DNA of 53,973 nt from Myxococcales bacterium (lineage in GTDB: Bacteria > Myxococcota_A > Polyangia > Polyangiales > Polyangiaceae): NCBI GenBank assembly GCA_043747615.1, contig JAYTOU010000043.1, positions 1-53,973 on the forward strand, read 5' to 3'. The stretch's first letter is position 1. The number at the start of each line of letters is the position of its first letter. This document shows, in pieces, positions 34,564 to 44,543 of the stretch. Made by a program: the position numbers and the translations under genes. The notes under the pieces are model-generated. The model saw nothing but the letters and a program-made list of their open reading frames with translations, was not told where the DNA came from and ran no database searches.

Positions 34564-37500
34564 TTGGTGTCGGAGAGCTCCTCTCCGGAGAGCGCCAACT
34601 CGAGAATCCGTTCAGCGAATGCCTCGAGCACAGGGGCATCAAATAAGGTCCGAACGGGGACGTCCAACTCGAGCTCCTTGGAGAGTCGCGCGACGACCCG
34701 CATCGCGAGAAGCGAATGACCCCCTAGATGGAAAAAGTTCTCGCCGAGCCCGACTCGATCGACGGCGAGGAACTCCTTCCAGACCGCTGCGATCTCCTCC
34801 TGGAGTGGCGTGCGCGGCGCGACGTAGGTGTCTGGGCGCGCGCTGAAGTCCGGCGCTGGCAGCGCCTTGCGATCCACCTTGCCGTTGGGCGTGAGCGGGA
34901 GTCGTTCGAGCATGACGAACGCGCTGGGAATCATGTATTCTGCAAGCTTCTTCCGCAGGTGCTCGCGTAGCTCGTCCGCGTTCGGCGCGTCGCTCGCAGG
35001 CACCACGACGTACGCCACGAGACGCTTGTCCCCTTGCTGATCTTCGCGCACAAGCACCACCGCGTCACGGACGTGGGCGTGTCCCACGAGCTGAACCTCG
35101 ATCTCGCCTAACTCGATGCGGAAGCCACGGATCTTCACCTGCTGATCGGCACGACCGAGGTACTCGATGCCCCCGTCCGAGAGCCTTTTTCCAAGATCTC
35201 CCGTGCGGTACAATCGCCCGCCGACGCGATAAGGATCCGGAACGAAGCGCTCCGCCGTGAGTGCCGGGCGATTCAAGTAGCCACGTGCGAGACCCGCGTC
35301 CCCGACGTAGAGCTCCCCCACTACGCCCGTCGGCACGAGCCCCCCGTGGGCATCGAGTATCGACAAGCTCATGTCCGGTATCGCCGAGCCGATGACGCTT
35401 CCCCGCCCGAGCCCGACGTCCTCCGCCGTCAACGGTCGGTAGGTGACGTGGACCGTCGTCTCGGTGATGCCGTACATGTTGACGAGCTTCGGTCTTGCGT
35501 CACCGTGTCGCGCGAACCAGTCTCGCAGGCTCGCCAGCTCGAGTGCCTCGCCTCCGAAGACCACCCAACGCAGCGAGAGGGCGCCCCCTCGCTCGGCGTC
35601 GCTCGCCATGAGTGGACGGAAGGCCGAGGGCGTCTGGTTCAGCACGGTGACCCGCTCCTTGACGAGCAACTCGTGGAACGCATCGGGAGACCGGCTGACG
35701 AAGTACGGAACGATGACCAGCTTGCCGCCGTATGCGAGCGCCCCCCAGATTTCCCACACCGAGAAATCGAACGCGTACGAGTGAAACAACGTCCACACAT
35801 CCGTTTCGTCGAAGTGGAACCAGGCCTCTGTCGCGGTGAGCAGGCGCGCGACGTTCCGGTGAGGAATCAGTGATCCCTTCGGCAATCCCGTGGAGCCGGA
35901 GGTGTAAATCACGTAGGCCAAACCGTCGGTGGCGACTGGCTTCAAGTTGTTCGGCGACTCCACTGCCCAGCTCGCCGCATCGCGCTCTAGGTGAATCGTG
36001 GTTTCGACTGAAAGCTCGGCGTCCACCTCCCCCGTAGCCAGCAGCACCCGGGCCCCACTGTCGCGCAGCATGAAGAGAAGCCGGTCACGCGGGTACGTTG
36101 GATCGAGCGGAACGTACGCTCCGCCCGCCTTCAGCACCGCGAGGATTGCGATCACCATCTCGAGTGAGCGCTCCGCGCAGATCCCGACAAGGGTCTCGGC
36201 GCCGACGCCCCGTCGCTGCAAGTAAGCTGCGAGCCGATTGGATTGCTCGTTCAGATCGCCGTACGTCAGCTCACGCCCTTCCATGGACAGCGCGACGCTC
36301 TTCGGGCTTCGCGCGGCCCGCTCTTCGAAGAGCTCGTGCACACACAAAGCACGTGCGTCTTCCGTGCTCGTCGCGTTCCGTCGACTCTCGATCTGCTGGC
36401 GCTCCGCCTCGGTCATGAGCTCGACGGAGTGAATCGGTAGCTCGGGCCGCGCGAGAGCATCACCGAGGAGAACCCGAAAACGCTCCGCGAGGCTCTCAGC
36501 CGTTGAGCGTTCGAAGAGCGCCGTGGCGTACTCGAGTGTTAGGTCGACGCAATCGCCGCGATCCACCGCATGCACGTTCAGATCGAACTTTGCGACGCCG
36601 ACGTCGACACCGAAACGCTTTGCCGGAAAGCCCGCAAAGGAACCGATTTCCGCCTCGGGCGGCTGCGGCGCAAGCACCACTTGGACGAGTGAAGCGCGGC
36701 TCGGATCGCGCGCGCGTACCACTGCATCGACTACGCGCTCGAACGGAGCGTCGGCGTGAGCGTGCGCATCGAGCACCGCCTCGCGCGTCCGGCGCAAGAG
36801 GTCCCGCAAGCTCGGACCGTCCGAGAAGTCGAACTCGATCGCGACCGTGTTGACGAAGAAGCCCACGACGTCGTCGAGGTCGTGTCGCGGCCGGCCGGCC
36901 ACGGGCATCCCGATCGCGAAGCGCGGCGATGGCGAATGTCGATGGAGAAGCGAGGCCAGCGCGACGAGCAAGGCAACGGCGATCGAGGTGCCTTCCATGC
37001 GCGCGAGCGTATCGAGGCCGTCGCGCAACTCGCGGGGAAGGCGGAAGTGCGTCTGACGGCCCTCGAAGCTCTGTCGCGCAGGCCGTGGTCGATCGGTCGG
37101 CAGTTCGAGCGGATCCATCCCGGCGAGCTTCTTGGCGAAGTGCGCGACGTCCGCAGCGGTGCGCTCTGCGGTCGCAGTCTTTTCATGGAAAGCTACCCAG
37201 TCGGCGTACTCGAACGGTCGCTCCGGAAAATCCGCGGGGACGCCGTCTCGCTCGGAGACGTAAAGCGAACCCAGATCGCGCAGGAGAACATGAATCGACC
37301 ACTCGTCTGTCACGATGTGATGCATCGCTAGAGCGATGACGTGACCGGCACCGAGGTCGACGACTGCCGCGCGCCACGAGGGTTCGTGTTCGAGGTCGAA
37401 CGGAGCGCGCGACAGATCCCGCAGGCGCAGCTCGGCATCGCGTTCGTCACTGGCAGCCAGACGAGTGACTGCGATTGAGGATCGCGGCGCATCGACGACC

Positions 37501-39557
37501 CGCCAGGGACCGTGCTCGTCCGAGAGGTAGCGCGTGCGGAGCGCTTCGTGGCGTTCTTCGAGGCGGGCAAATGCACGTGCCAACGCGGCGTGCTCGAGCG
37601 GGCCGTCCACGCGCAGCGCTGCGCACTCGTTGTACGTAGGCGCCTCGGGATCGAGCCGATGCAGAAACCACAGGCGCGCCTCCTGAGACGACAGCGGCAG
37701 GCGCCCGGCGCGAGCGAGTCGGGGCACGGAGCAGAGCGCGTCGGTCTTGCCGGCGCCGAGCCTAGCCGCGACAGCGCGCGGTGTGCGTGCCTCGAAGATC
37801 GTTCGTAGCGAAAGACTGGTTCCGAAGCGCACATGGAGGCGGGCCGCGAGGGCGCTCGCAAGCAGCGAGTGGCCGCCGAGGTCGAAGAAGTCGTCGAGCG
37901 CGCCGACCGGCTCGACATGCAGAATCGACGCAAACGCCGCGGCGACGCCAAGCTCGACCTCGCCCATGGGCGCGACGTAGCTCGCCGCAGCCCCGGTAAA
38001 CTCGGGGGCAGGCAGCGCATTGCGATTGACCTTCCCGTTCGCAGTAAGGGGCAACGCATCGAGCACCACGAACGCGCTCGGTACCATGTGATCCGGGAGT
38101 GCACTGCCAAGCGCCGAGCGGATCGCACTCGTGTTCAGCTTCGCCCCGGCGGCGGCGACGACATACGCAATCAGTCGCTTGTCGCCCGTGTTCTCTTCGC
38201 GGGCAACGACGACCGCGTCCCCGATCGACGGCAACGAACGGAGCGCAAACTCGACCTCTCCGAGCTCGATCCGGAAGCCTCGCAGCTTGACCTGACCGTC
38301 GCGCCGACCGAAGAACTCGAGCGTCCCGTCCTCGCGCCAGCGAACGATGTCCCCCGTGCGGTACATGCGCGCGCCCAACGCACTCGAGAACGGATCCGGG
38401 AGGAACTTCTCTGCGGTCGCGGCGGGGTCGAGGTAGCCACGAGCAACGCCATCGCCGCCCGTATACAGCTCGCCGGGCGTCCCTATAGGCGTGGATTGCC
38501 CGTCGGGATCGAGCACGTAGACGGTGGTGTTCGTGATCGGACGACCGATGGGCACCGTTTCGCCGTCGCGGAGATCGCCCATGGGATGACAGGTCGAGAA
38601 GGTCGTGTTCTCGGTCGGGCCGTATGCGGCAATCAGCTTGAGCCCCGGCAGCTCGCGTCGAACGCGCTGCATGTGGGCCGGTGACAGTACCTCTCCGCCG
38701 GTGAAGAGTTGCCGTACGCCCGAGAGAGCGTGGAGCGCGTGATCTACGATCTGATGGAAGAGGCCCGTGGTCAGAAACAGGAACGTGACGCCGGAACTGC
38801 GAAATACGTCGGCGAGCTCGTCGAGGCCCAGCGGTCCGGCGGGTGCGACGACGACCTTCGCGCCATTGAGCAGCGCGCCCCAGATCTCGAGCGTCGAAGC
38901 GTCGAAGGCGAGCGGCGCGAAGCTCAGAAACACATCTGTCGGCGTGAACGTCGCCCAGTCCACGTTGCGCACGAGACGCACGATCGACCGGTGCTCGACG
39001 CAAACGCCTTTCGGTGTGCCAGTCGAGCCCGACGTGAACATGACGTACGCAGCGCCTTTGCTCGATGCGCGCGGAGAGACCTTCGACTTCGAAGGGCCGT
39101 CATGCGAGCCGCTCCCAGGTAGAAGGCGCACACCCGAAGGCACCCGCAAACGCTCGCTCGGATCGAGCACGAGCTCTACCCCGGCGCCGCGAACGAGCTC
39201 CTCGATGCGCTGGGTCGGATACGATGGATCGAGCGGTACGTACGCTCCACCGGCTTTGAGAATGCCGAGCAACCCAACGACGAGCTCAAGCGAGCGCTCG
39301 CTCGAGATGCCGACGCGCGACTCGAGGCCAACACCCGCCGCTCGGAGTTCAGCGGCAACTCTGGACGACGTGTCGTCGAGCTCGCGGTAGGTCATCGACC
39401 GCGAACCGAAGACGATCGCGCATGCGTCAGGCGTGCGCGCGGCCTGCTCCTCGAAGAGGTCGTCGACGCGACGATCGTGCGGGTAATCGCGGCTTGTCGC
39501 GTTCCACCCGGCGATACGCGCGCGCTCCGTGTCAGCGATGCGGTCGTGGCTACGCAT
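34560..39557 (-). CDS. Non-ribosomal peptide synthetase, A-T-C-A-T
   Basis: A1 (FTSGSTGTPKG, manual code DALFFGATFK, aliphatic), T (FFDLGGHSLL), C (HHIVTDEWS), A2 (code DFWNVGMVHK, Thr-type), T (FFHLGGHSLL). Start reassigned to ATG 39557, 2 nt after the permease stop. Confidence 0.95.
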   Translation of the reverse strand: MRSHDRIADTERARIAGWNATSRDYPHDRRVDDLFEEQAARTPDACAIVFGSRSMTYRELDDTSSRVAAELRAAGVGLESRVGISSERSLELVVGLLGILKAGGAYVPLDPSYPTQRIEELVRGAGVELVLDPSERLRVPSGVRLLPGSGSHDGPSKSKVSPRASSKGAAYVMFTSGSTGTPKGVCVEHRSIVRLVRNVDWATFTPTDVFLSFAPLAFDASTLEIWGALLNGAKVVVAPAGPLGLDELADVFRSSGVTFLFLTTGLFHQIVDHALHALSGVRQLFTGGEVLSPAHMQRVRRELPGLKLIAAYGPTENTTFSTCHPMGDLRDGETVPIGRPITNTTVYVLDPDGQSTPIGTPGELYTGGDGVARGYLDPAATAEKFLPDPFSSALGARMYRTGDIVRWREDGTLEFFGRRDGQVKLRGFRIELGEVEFALRSLPSIGDAVVVAREENTGDKRLIAYVVAAAGAKLNTSAIRSALGSALPDHMVPSAFVVLDALPLTANGKVNRNALPAPEFTGAAASYVAPMGEVELGVAAAFASILHVEPVGALDDFFDLGGHSLLASALAARLHVRFGTSLSLRTIFEARTPRAVAARLGAGKTDALCSVPRLARAGRLPLSSQEARLWFLHRLDPEAPTYNECAALRVDGPLEHAALARAFARLEERHEALRTRYLSDEHGPWRVVDAPRSSIAVTRLAASDERDAELRLRDLSRAPFDLEHEPSWRAAVVDLGAGHVIALAMHHIVTDEWSIHVLLRDLGSLYVSERDGVPADFPERPFEYADWVAFHEKTATAERTAADVAHFAKKLAGMDPLELPTDRPRPARQSFEGRQTHFRLPRELRDGLDTLARMEGTSIAVALLVALASLLHRHSPSPRFAIGMPVAGRPRHDLDDVVGFFVNTVAIEFDFSDGPSLRDLLRRTREAVLDAHAHADAPFERVVDAVVRARDPSRASLVQVVLAPQPPEAEIGSFAGFPAKRFGVDVGVAKFDLNVHAVDRGDCVDLTLEYATALFERSTAESLAERFRVLLGDALARPELPIHSVELMTEAERQQIESRRNATSTEDARALCVHELFEERAARSPKSVALSMEGRELTYGDLNEQSNRLAAYLQRRGVGAETLVGICAERSLEMVIAILAVLKAGGAYVPLDPTYPRDRLLFMLRDSGARVLLATGEVDAELSVETTIHLERDAASWAVESPNNLKPVATDGLAYVIYTSGSTGLPKGSLIPHRNVARLLTATEAWFHFDETDVWTLFHSYAFDFSVWEIWGALAYGGKLVIVPYFVSRSPDAFHELLVKERVTVLNQTPSAFRPLMASDAERGGALSLRWVVFGGEALELASLRDWFARHGDARPKLVNMYGITETTVHVTYRPLTAEDVGLGRGSVIGSAIPDMSLSILDAHGGLVPTGVVGELYVGDAGLARGYLNRPALTAERFVPDPYRVGGRLYRTGDLGKRLSDGGIEYLGRADQQVKIRGFRIELGEIEVQLVGHAHVRDAVVLVREDQQGDKRLVAYVVVPASDAPNADELREHLRKKLAEYMIPSAFVMLERLPLTPNGKVDRKALPAPDFSARPDTYVAPRTPLQEEIAAVWKEFLAVDRVGLGENFFHLGGHSLLAMRVVARLSKELELDVPVRTLFDAPVLEAFAERILELALSGEELSDTK

Positions 39558-39559
39558 CG

Positions 39560-40672
39560 TCAGGTGATGATACTCGCAGCAAACTTCCTTGCGGCGGCAA
39601 ACGTGAACACGACCGGGGCTACGGTCAGATAGACAAAGTGCGGAAGGAGATCGTAAAGCGTGGAGCCGCGGAGACACGTCCCACGCATGATTTCGATCAT
39701 GTGCGTCGCCGGCAGCGCGTACGAGACCGGACGCAGGATCAGCGGCAGCGAACGGACCGGGAAGAAGTACCCCGAGAGGAGGAAAGCGCCGGTGATCACG
39801 ATACCAATCGCGAGCTGGGCCTCAGGACCTGGGCCCGACGAAGCGGCAATGAACATTCCTAAAGACAGCAGCGTGAGCGTGTACAAAATGACCGCGACAA
39901 TCAGGGCCAACATGTCGCCACGGATCGGGACCCCAAAGATCCATCGCATCACGACTAGATAACCGAGCCCATTCACCACTCCCAAAACGAAATAGGGCGC
40001 CAGCTTTCCGAGAATGAGCCCCGTATAGTTCATGGGCGTCATCATGAGACGCTCGAGGGTTCCTCCGTCGCGCTCGGCCAGGAGCGCGCGCGAGGACATG
40101 ATCAAGAAGCCGGTCATGATGATGGCGAGCATCGCGGGCAGCATGAAGTTCGACGTGCGTCCTTCAGGATTAAACATCAGCATGGAATGCGCGATCACCG
40201 TTCGAACAGGCACAGTCGTCGACGCACTTTCGCCGAGCTCTCGGTTCATCGTCGACGCGATGCCATCAATCGCGGCGACCGCCTGGGTGCTCGTAACGGA
40301 ATCTGATCCGTCGACGAGCGCTTGAACCCTGGAATTTGCATGGGCCACGCGGTCGCGATGGTAATCCGGCGGGATCACGAGGGCGACACTCGCCCGCCCG
40401 GCCTGCAGATGTGCACGCGCTTGAGCGACGCTGCTCGTCGTGTACTTTACACGGAATGTGCCCGTCGCGCCGACGCGACTGATGAATTCGCGGCTCTCGA
40501 CGGAGTGATCCTGATCGACGATGACGGTGGGCAGATTCCGAACGGTGAAATTTACGAACCCCATCATGAGCAGGTCCATCACCTGCAACATGATGTGGAT
40601 GCGGAGAACGATAGGGTTCCGCGCCGCATGTAAAAACTCTTTGTACGAAATTGCCAGAAAGGCGTGCCACAT
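39560..40672 (-). CDS. ABC-2 type exporter permease (YbhR/YbhS-like)
   Basis: KEFLH, VDQD.SVESR, VDGSDS, ERDGGTLERLMMTP, LGKL.PY and LSGYFFP. Confidence 0.92.
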   Translation of the reverse strand: MWHAFLAISYKEFLHAARNPIVLRIHIMLQVMDLLMMGFVNFTVRNLPTVIVDQDHSVESREFISRVGATGTFRVKYTTSSVAQARAHLQAGRASVALVIPPDYHRDRVAHANSRVQALVDGSDSVTSTQAVAAIDGIASTMNRELGESASTTVPVRTVIAHSMLMFNPEGRTSNFMLPAMLAIIMTGFLIMSSRALLAERDGGTLERLMMTPMNYTGLILGKLAPYFVLGVVNGLGYLVVMRWIFGVPIRGDMLALIVAVILYTLTLLSLGMFIAASSGPGPEAQLAIGIVITGAFLLSGYFFPVRSLPLILRPVSYALPATHMIEIMRGTCLRGSTLYDLLPHFVYLTVAPVVFTFAAARKFAASIIT

Positions 40673-40687
40673 GGGTTCAGCGGCCCA

Positions 40688-41989
40688 TTACTTCGCCACG
40701 TGAATGAAGGCGGCCATGCCCGACCTAAGCTCGGTCTCGCCCTCGAGAAGGTTCACACGAGCAGCGAAAACCTCGTCGGCTCGCTCCTCGGTCGTCACCA
40801 AGCGGCGCGGCGTGTACTCGCCGATCTCGTTGATGTGCTCGATGCGGCCCTTGAAAGACCGGTTCGGATAAGAGTCGACGGTGACCGGAACTTCCTGACC
40901 AACGTGAATTTTGCCGAGGCGCGTCTCGGGTACGTAGATTTTCACGTAGAGCTGGCCCGACTCGAGGAGAGAGGCCGCGGGTGCATCGGCGCGGAGAAGA
41001 TCGCCTGGTCGAACGAGGATCCGCTCGACCCTCGCTTTATGTGGCGCACGAATCGAGAGCTCCGCAATCTGCCCGTCGACAAGCGCCATTCGTCCCTTCG
41101 CGACGGCCACTTGGGCGCGCCCGGCGCGGAGGTCTTCTGGGCGCGTACCTCCCGTGAGCAGCCGCAGGGCAGCGGCCGCTTGACTCGCGTTCGCGGCAGC
41201 CTCCATGGCGCCACCTTGCGCGGCACGCGCCGCCCCATGCTTCATTTCCTCCTCGGCGGCAGAGACCGAGCCGCTCTGAAAAAGAGCACGCGTTCGCGCC
41301 AATTCTTTTGCTTGCTGAGCGCTCAAGCCGCTCGCTTTACCCAGCGCGGCCTGGGTTTCAGCCAACCGGGCCGTCGCCTGCGCGAGCTCGTCGGGTCGAG
41401 CGCCGTGAACCAGTTTTTCGAGGCCCGCTTCCGCGGTCTCGAGCTCGCTCTGCGCGATTTCCCTGCGCGCCTGGAGCTCCGTCCCCTCGAGCACGACGAT
41501 GACATCGCCGGGCGAGACCTCCTGCCCTTCTTGCACGCGAATTTCCATCACGCGCCCGCCAACGCGCGACCCGACCGCAACGGTCCGCAACTCGACGGAG
41601 CCAGACCACTCGTAGGGTTGCCGCCTGTCGTAAACGGTATACGCGTAATACGCGCCGGCACTCACGGCGGCGAGCGTCACGAGCTTCGCGCCTGTCACGA
41701 GAAAGTCGAGCACCGGCTTCAGTCGACTTGGTTTGACCGATTCCTCGGCGGGAGATTCGTGCACCGAAGGCGCGGTCGCCTGCTGCGCTACGGGCGGAGC
41801 CCACGCTGGGGGAGGTGGCGCTTGCGGAGCCCGCGCGGGTGGTGGCGGGCCTTGGGGAGCGCGTGCGAGCGGCGCTTGAGGCCACGTGGAAGGCGACGCT
41901 CTTGGTCCGAGCGCGTCGTCGATCTCACTGGCTTGAAAGAGAGGCGCGCCGGGCGGGGACGGCGGCAGGGGCGGCGCGGAGCGATCCAT
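40688..41989 (-). CDS. HlyD/YbhG-like periplasmic adaptor (membrane fusion protein) with Pro-rich N-terminal extension
   Basis: TM anchor, SGSVE...VGSRVGGRV..I.V.EG..V..GD lipoyl half, coiled coil, IRAP, YVPET and EYTPR. Start uncertain (ATG 41989 chosen). Confidence 0.88.
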   Translation of the reverse strand: MDRSAPPLPPSPPGAPLFQASEIDDALGPRASPSTWPQAPLARAPQGPPPPARAPQAPPPPAWAPPVAQQATAPSVHESPAEESVKPSRLKPVLDFLVTGAKLVTLAAVSAGAYYAYTVYDRRQPYEWSGSVELRTVAVGSRVGGRVMEIRVQEGQEVSPGDVIVVLEGTELQARREIAQSELETAEAGLEKLVHGARPDELAQATARLAETQAALGKASGLSAQQAKELARTRALFQSGSVSAAEEEMKHGAARAAQGGAMEAAANASQAAAALRLLTGGTRPEDLRAGRAQVAVAKGRMALVDGQIAELSIRAPHKARVERILVRPGDLLRADAPAASLLESGQLYVKIYVPETRLGKIHVGQEVPVTVDSYPNRSFKGRIEHINEIGEYTPRRLVTTEERADEVFAARVNLLEGETELRSGMAAFIHVAK

Positions 41990-42092
41990 CTCAGCGCTAG
42001 GCTCGCACGCCGACAACCTCTCGGCAATAAAGCACGCTGCGAGCAAACTCAGATCGTCCCACCATGTGGGGCTAGCTTCAGAAAACGGATGT

Positions 42093-43202
42093 TCAGGTGA
42101 TGATGCCGGCCGCAAACCTCTTGGCGGCGAGAAAAGTCAGCACGATGGGCGCGACGCTTAGGTAGACGAAGTGCGGAAGTAGATCGAGCAGGGTCGAGCC
42201 GCGCAGGCAGGCGCCTCGCATGATGTCGATCATGTGCGATGCGGGAAGCGCGTGCGCGATTGGGCGCAGCAGCACCGGCAATGAGTCAATGGGAAGGAGG
42301 TACCCGGACATGATCATGGTGGCTAGGTACAGGAGATTGATCTTGAGGATCGCCTCGGGTCCGGAGTCTGAGGAGGCCGCGAGGAACATGCCGAGCGACA
42401 ACAGCGTGAACGAGTAGAGGACGATGCCTACGACCAAGACGAGGAGGTCGCCGCGAAGGGGTACCGCGAAAATCCATCGGATCACGAGCAGGTATCCGAC
42501 CCCGTTGACCACGCCCAAAAGGAAATAGGGAGCAAGCTTTCCGAGGATGAGCCCGTTGTAATTCAATGGAGTCATCAGCAGCCGCTCGAGGTTCCCTGAA
42601 TCGCGTTCGCCGATGAGCGACATTGCCGCAAGGAACGCCAGCTCCATCAGGAGGACCGCGAGGAGAGCCGGCAGCATGAAGCTCGCCGTGCGCCCCTGCG
42701 GATTAAAAAGCAGAATCGAATGCGGGATCACGCTCGCGACTTCCGAATTGACGATCTCTTGCTCCGCTTCGAGGTTGAGGCGGGACGCAAGCCCGTCGAC
42801 CGCCGCGACGGCCTGCGCGCTCGTGGTGGAGTCCGATCCGTCGACGAGGGCCATGACCTTGGCGACTCCGGCGGACGCGCGGTCTCGCTGGTAGCCAGGC
42901 GGAATCAAGATAGCGACACTGGCCCGTCCGGCGTGAACGTGCTCGCGAGCCTGGTCGACGCTCGTGGTCATGTACTTCAGCCCAAAGGTGCCCGTCGCGG
43001 CGATGCGATTGACGAGCTCGCGACTCTCGACACTGTCGTCTTGGTCGACGATCACGGTCGGCAGATCGTGGACCGTAATATCGATGAACCCCAACATTCC
43101 CATGTTGATGGCCTGCATGAGGAAATACAGACGCAGCGCGCCTTTATCGCGCCACACATGCAAAAATTCTTTGTAAGCGATTGCCAGAAATGCGGCCCAC
43201 AT
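42093..43202 (-). CDS. ABC-2 type exporter permease (YbhR/YbhS-like)
   Basis: Paralogue of 39560-40672 with the same motifs. Confidence 0.92.
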   Translation of the reverse strand: MWAAFLAIAYKEFLHVWRDKGALRLYFLMQAINMGMLGFIDITVHDLPTVIVDQDDSVESRELVNRIAATGTFGLKYMTTSVDQAREHVHAGRASVAILIPPGYQRDRASAGVAKVMALVDGSDSTTSAQAVAAVDGLASRLNLEAEQEIVNSEVASVIPHSILLFNPQGRTASFMLPALLAVLLMELAFLAAMSLIGERDSGNLERLLMTPLNYNGLILGKLAPYFLLGVVNGVGYLLVIRWIFAVPLRGDLLVLVVGIVLYSFTLLSLGMFLAASSDSGPEAILKINLLYLATMIMSGYLLPIDSLPVLLRPIAHALPASHMIDIMRGACLRGSTLLDLLPHFVYLSVAPIVLTFLAAKRFAAGIIT

Positions 43203-43206
43203 CGCG

Positions 43207-44163
43207 TCAGCTTTTCTTCTCGGCCGTCATGCTCTTCGTGAGGGTCACGAACACGTCTTCGAGTGACGGCTCGATGGTTCGAGCCGATATCACCCGGAAG
43301 CCCGCGCCATTCCCTTCCGCGATCACGCGATCGTCGGAGACGTCGTCCGCGATCAAGGCGTGAACGGAAGTCCCGAACACCGTCGCATCGGAGCAAAACG
43401 GCCTATTTCTGAACCAACGCACGGCTTGCGGGGCGTCCATTCCGCAACTGATTTCCACGAACCGCGTCCCACGGACGAGCTCAATCGTTTGCGCTTTGAG
43501 CTGCTCCGGCGTCCCGCTCGTAATGAGCTTGGACAAATAAAGATAACCGACTTCGCCACAACGTTCGACTTCGTCCATGTATTGCGTCGTGAGGATGATG
43601 TTCGAGCCCAGCGCGGCGAGATCGAACAACAGGTCCCAGAGCTCCCGTCGGGCGACGGGGTCGATACCGGCGGTCGGCTCGTCCAAGAACATGAGCGGAG
43701 GGGCATGCAAAATCGTCGTGGCTAGCGCAAGGCGCTGCTTCCAGCCGCCCGAGAGCGCCCCCGCAGGGCGATCGAGATAGGGCTCGAGCTGCAGTAGCTC
43801 CACGATTTGCTTCGCCCGTCCGACGGGGTTGCCTATCTGGTGCATCTTTGCAAAAAAGGTGATGTTCTCACGAACGGTCAAATCCATATACAGGCTGAAC
43901 TTCTGACTCATGTACCCGACCGTGCGTCGGATCTGCTCTGCCTCTTTGGGTTTCGAAATGTCGTATCCGAGCACGCGCGCCGTCCCCGACGTCGGTTTGA
44001 TGAGACCGCACAGCAAGCGCACGAGCGTCGTCTTGCCCGATCCGTTCGGGCCCACCAGGCCATAAACGACACCCGCGCGGACCTGAAGGCTCACGCAGTC
44101 GAGGGCTTTCACATCCCCGTAGGCCCTACTGAGTGAGCGCACGTCGATGAGGAGTTCGTTCAT
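43207..44163 (-). CDS. ABC exporter ATP-binding protein (YbhF-like)
   Basis: GPNGSGKTT, GYMSQKFSLY, LSGGWKQR, LDEPTAGIDP and PSLEDVF. ATG 44163 chosen. Confidence 0.93.
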   Translation of the reverse strand: MNELLIDVRSLSRAYGDVKALDCVSLQVRAGVVYGLVGPNGSGKTTLVRLLCGLIKPTSGTARVLGYDISKPKEAEQIRRTVGYMSQKFSLYMDLTVRENITFFAKMHQIGNPVGRAKQIVELLQLEPYLDRPAGALSGGWKQRLALATTILHAPPLMFLDEPTAGIDPVARRELWDLLFDLAALGSNIILTTQYMDEVERCGEVGYLYLSKLITSGTPEQLKAQTIELVRGTRFVEISCGMDAPQAVRWFRNRPFCSDATVFGTSVHALIADDVSDDRVIAEGNGAGFRVISARTIEPSLEDVFVTLTKSMTAEKKS

Positions 44164-44221
44164 TTTCGGGCGCGTGTCGATCGCATCGTGGAACGGATTA
44201 CGTCCCCCAAGACACGTAATC

Positions 44222-44245
44222 GGGGAGGCTATCCGTCGCCTCCCC
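44222..44245. promoter_or_regulatory. Perfect 8-bp inverted repeat in the divergent ABC/mbtH intergenic region
   Basis: GGGGAGGC-tatccgtc-GCCTCCCC. Function (operator or RNA hairpin) unknown. Confidence 0.45.
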
Positions 44246-44262
44246 ATCCGGGCAATGAGGAC

Positions 44263-44292
44263 TTGCCGTTTGCGAAAATCATTTGTTACCGT
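44263..44292 (+). promoter_or_regulatory. Putative sigma70 promoter of mbtH (likely leaderless transcript)
   Basis: TTGCCG, 18 nt, TG-n-TACCGT. ATG lies 5 nt after the -10, with no SD. Confidence 0.5.
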
Positions 44293-44297
44293 TTGGT

Positions 44298-44543
44298 ATG
44301 GCCCGTGACGAAGAAGAAGACACTTCGACCTATTCCGTGGTGGTGAATCACGAGGAGCAGTACTCGATCTGGCTCGCCGATCGACCGCTGCCCGCGGGGT
44401 GGCGCGCCGTCGGCAAGAGCGGTCTGAAGAAGGATTGCCTGGAGCACATCAAAGAGGTGTGGACGGACATGCGGCCGCTCAGCCTGCGCAAGGCAATGGA
44501 AGCCGGCGCGGAGTCTGCGCGCGCTGCGGAGCCGAAATCATGA
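44298..44543 (+). CDS. mbtH: MbtH-like protein
   Basis: [12 protein letters not shown]...P.GW....[17 protein letters not shown]. Confidence 0.97.
   Translation: MARDEEEDTSTYSVVVNHEEQYSIWLADRPLPAGWRAVGKSGLKKDCLEHIKEVWTDMRPLSLRKAMEAGAESARAAEPKS

Noticed and set aside
30004..39557. Resemblance of aliphatic-Thr-(Leu-like) plus P450/epoxide chemistry to epoxyketone proteasome inhibitors (epoxomicin/eponemycin/macyranone)
   Set aside because: Those pathways need a terminal PKS module and an acyl-CoA-dehydrogenase-like enzyme. Neither is in the window.
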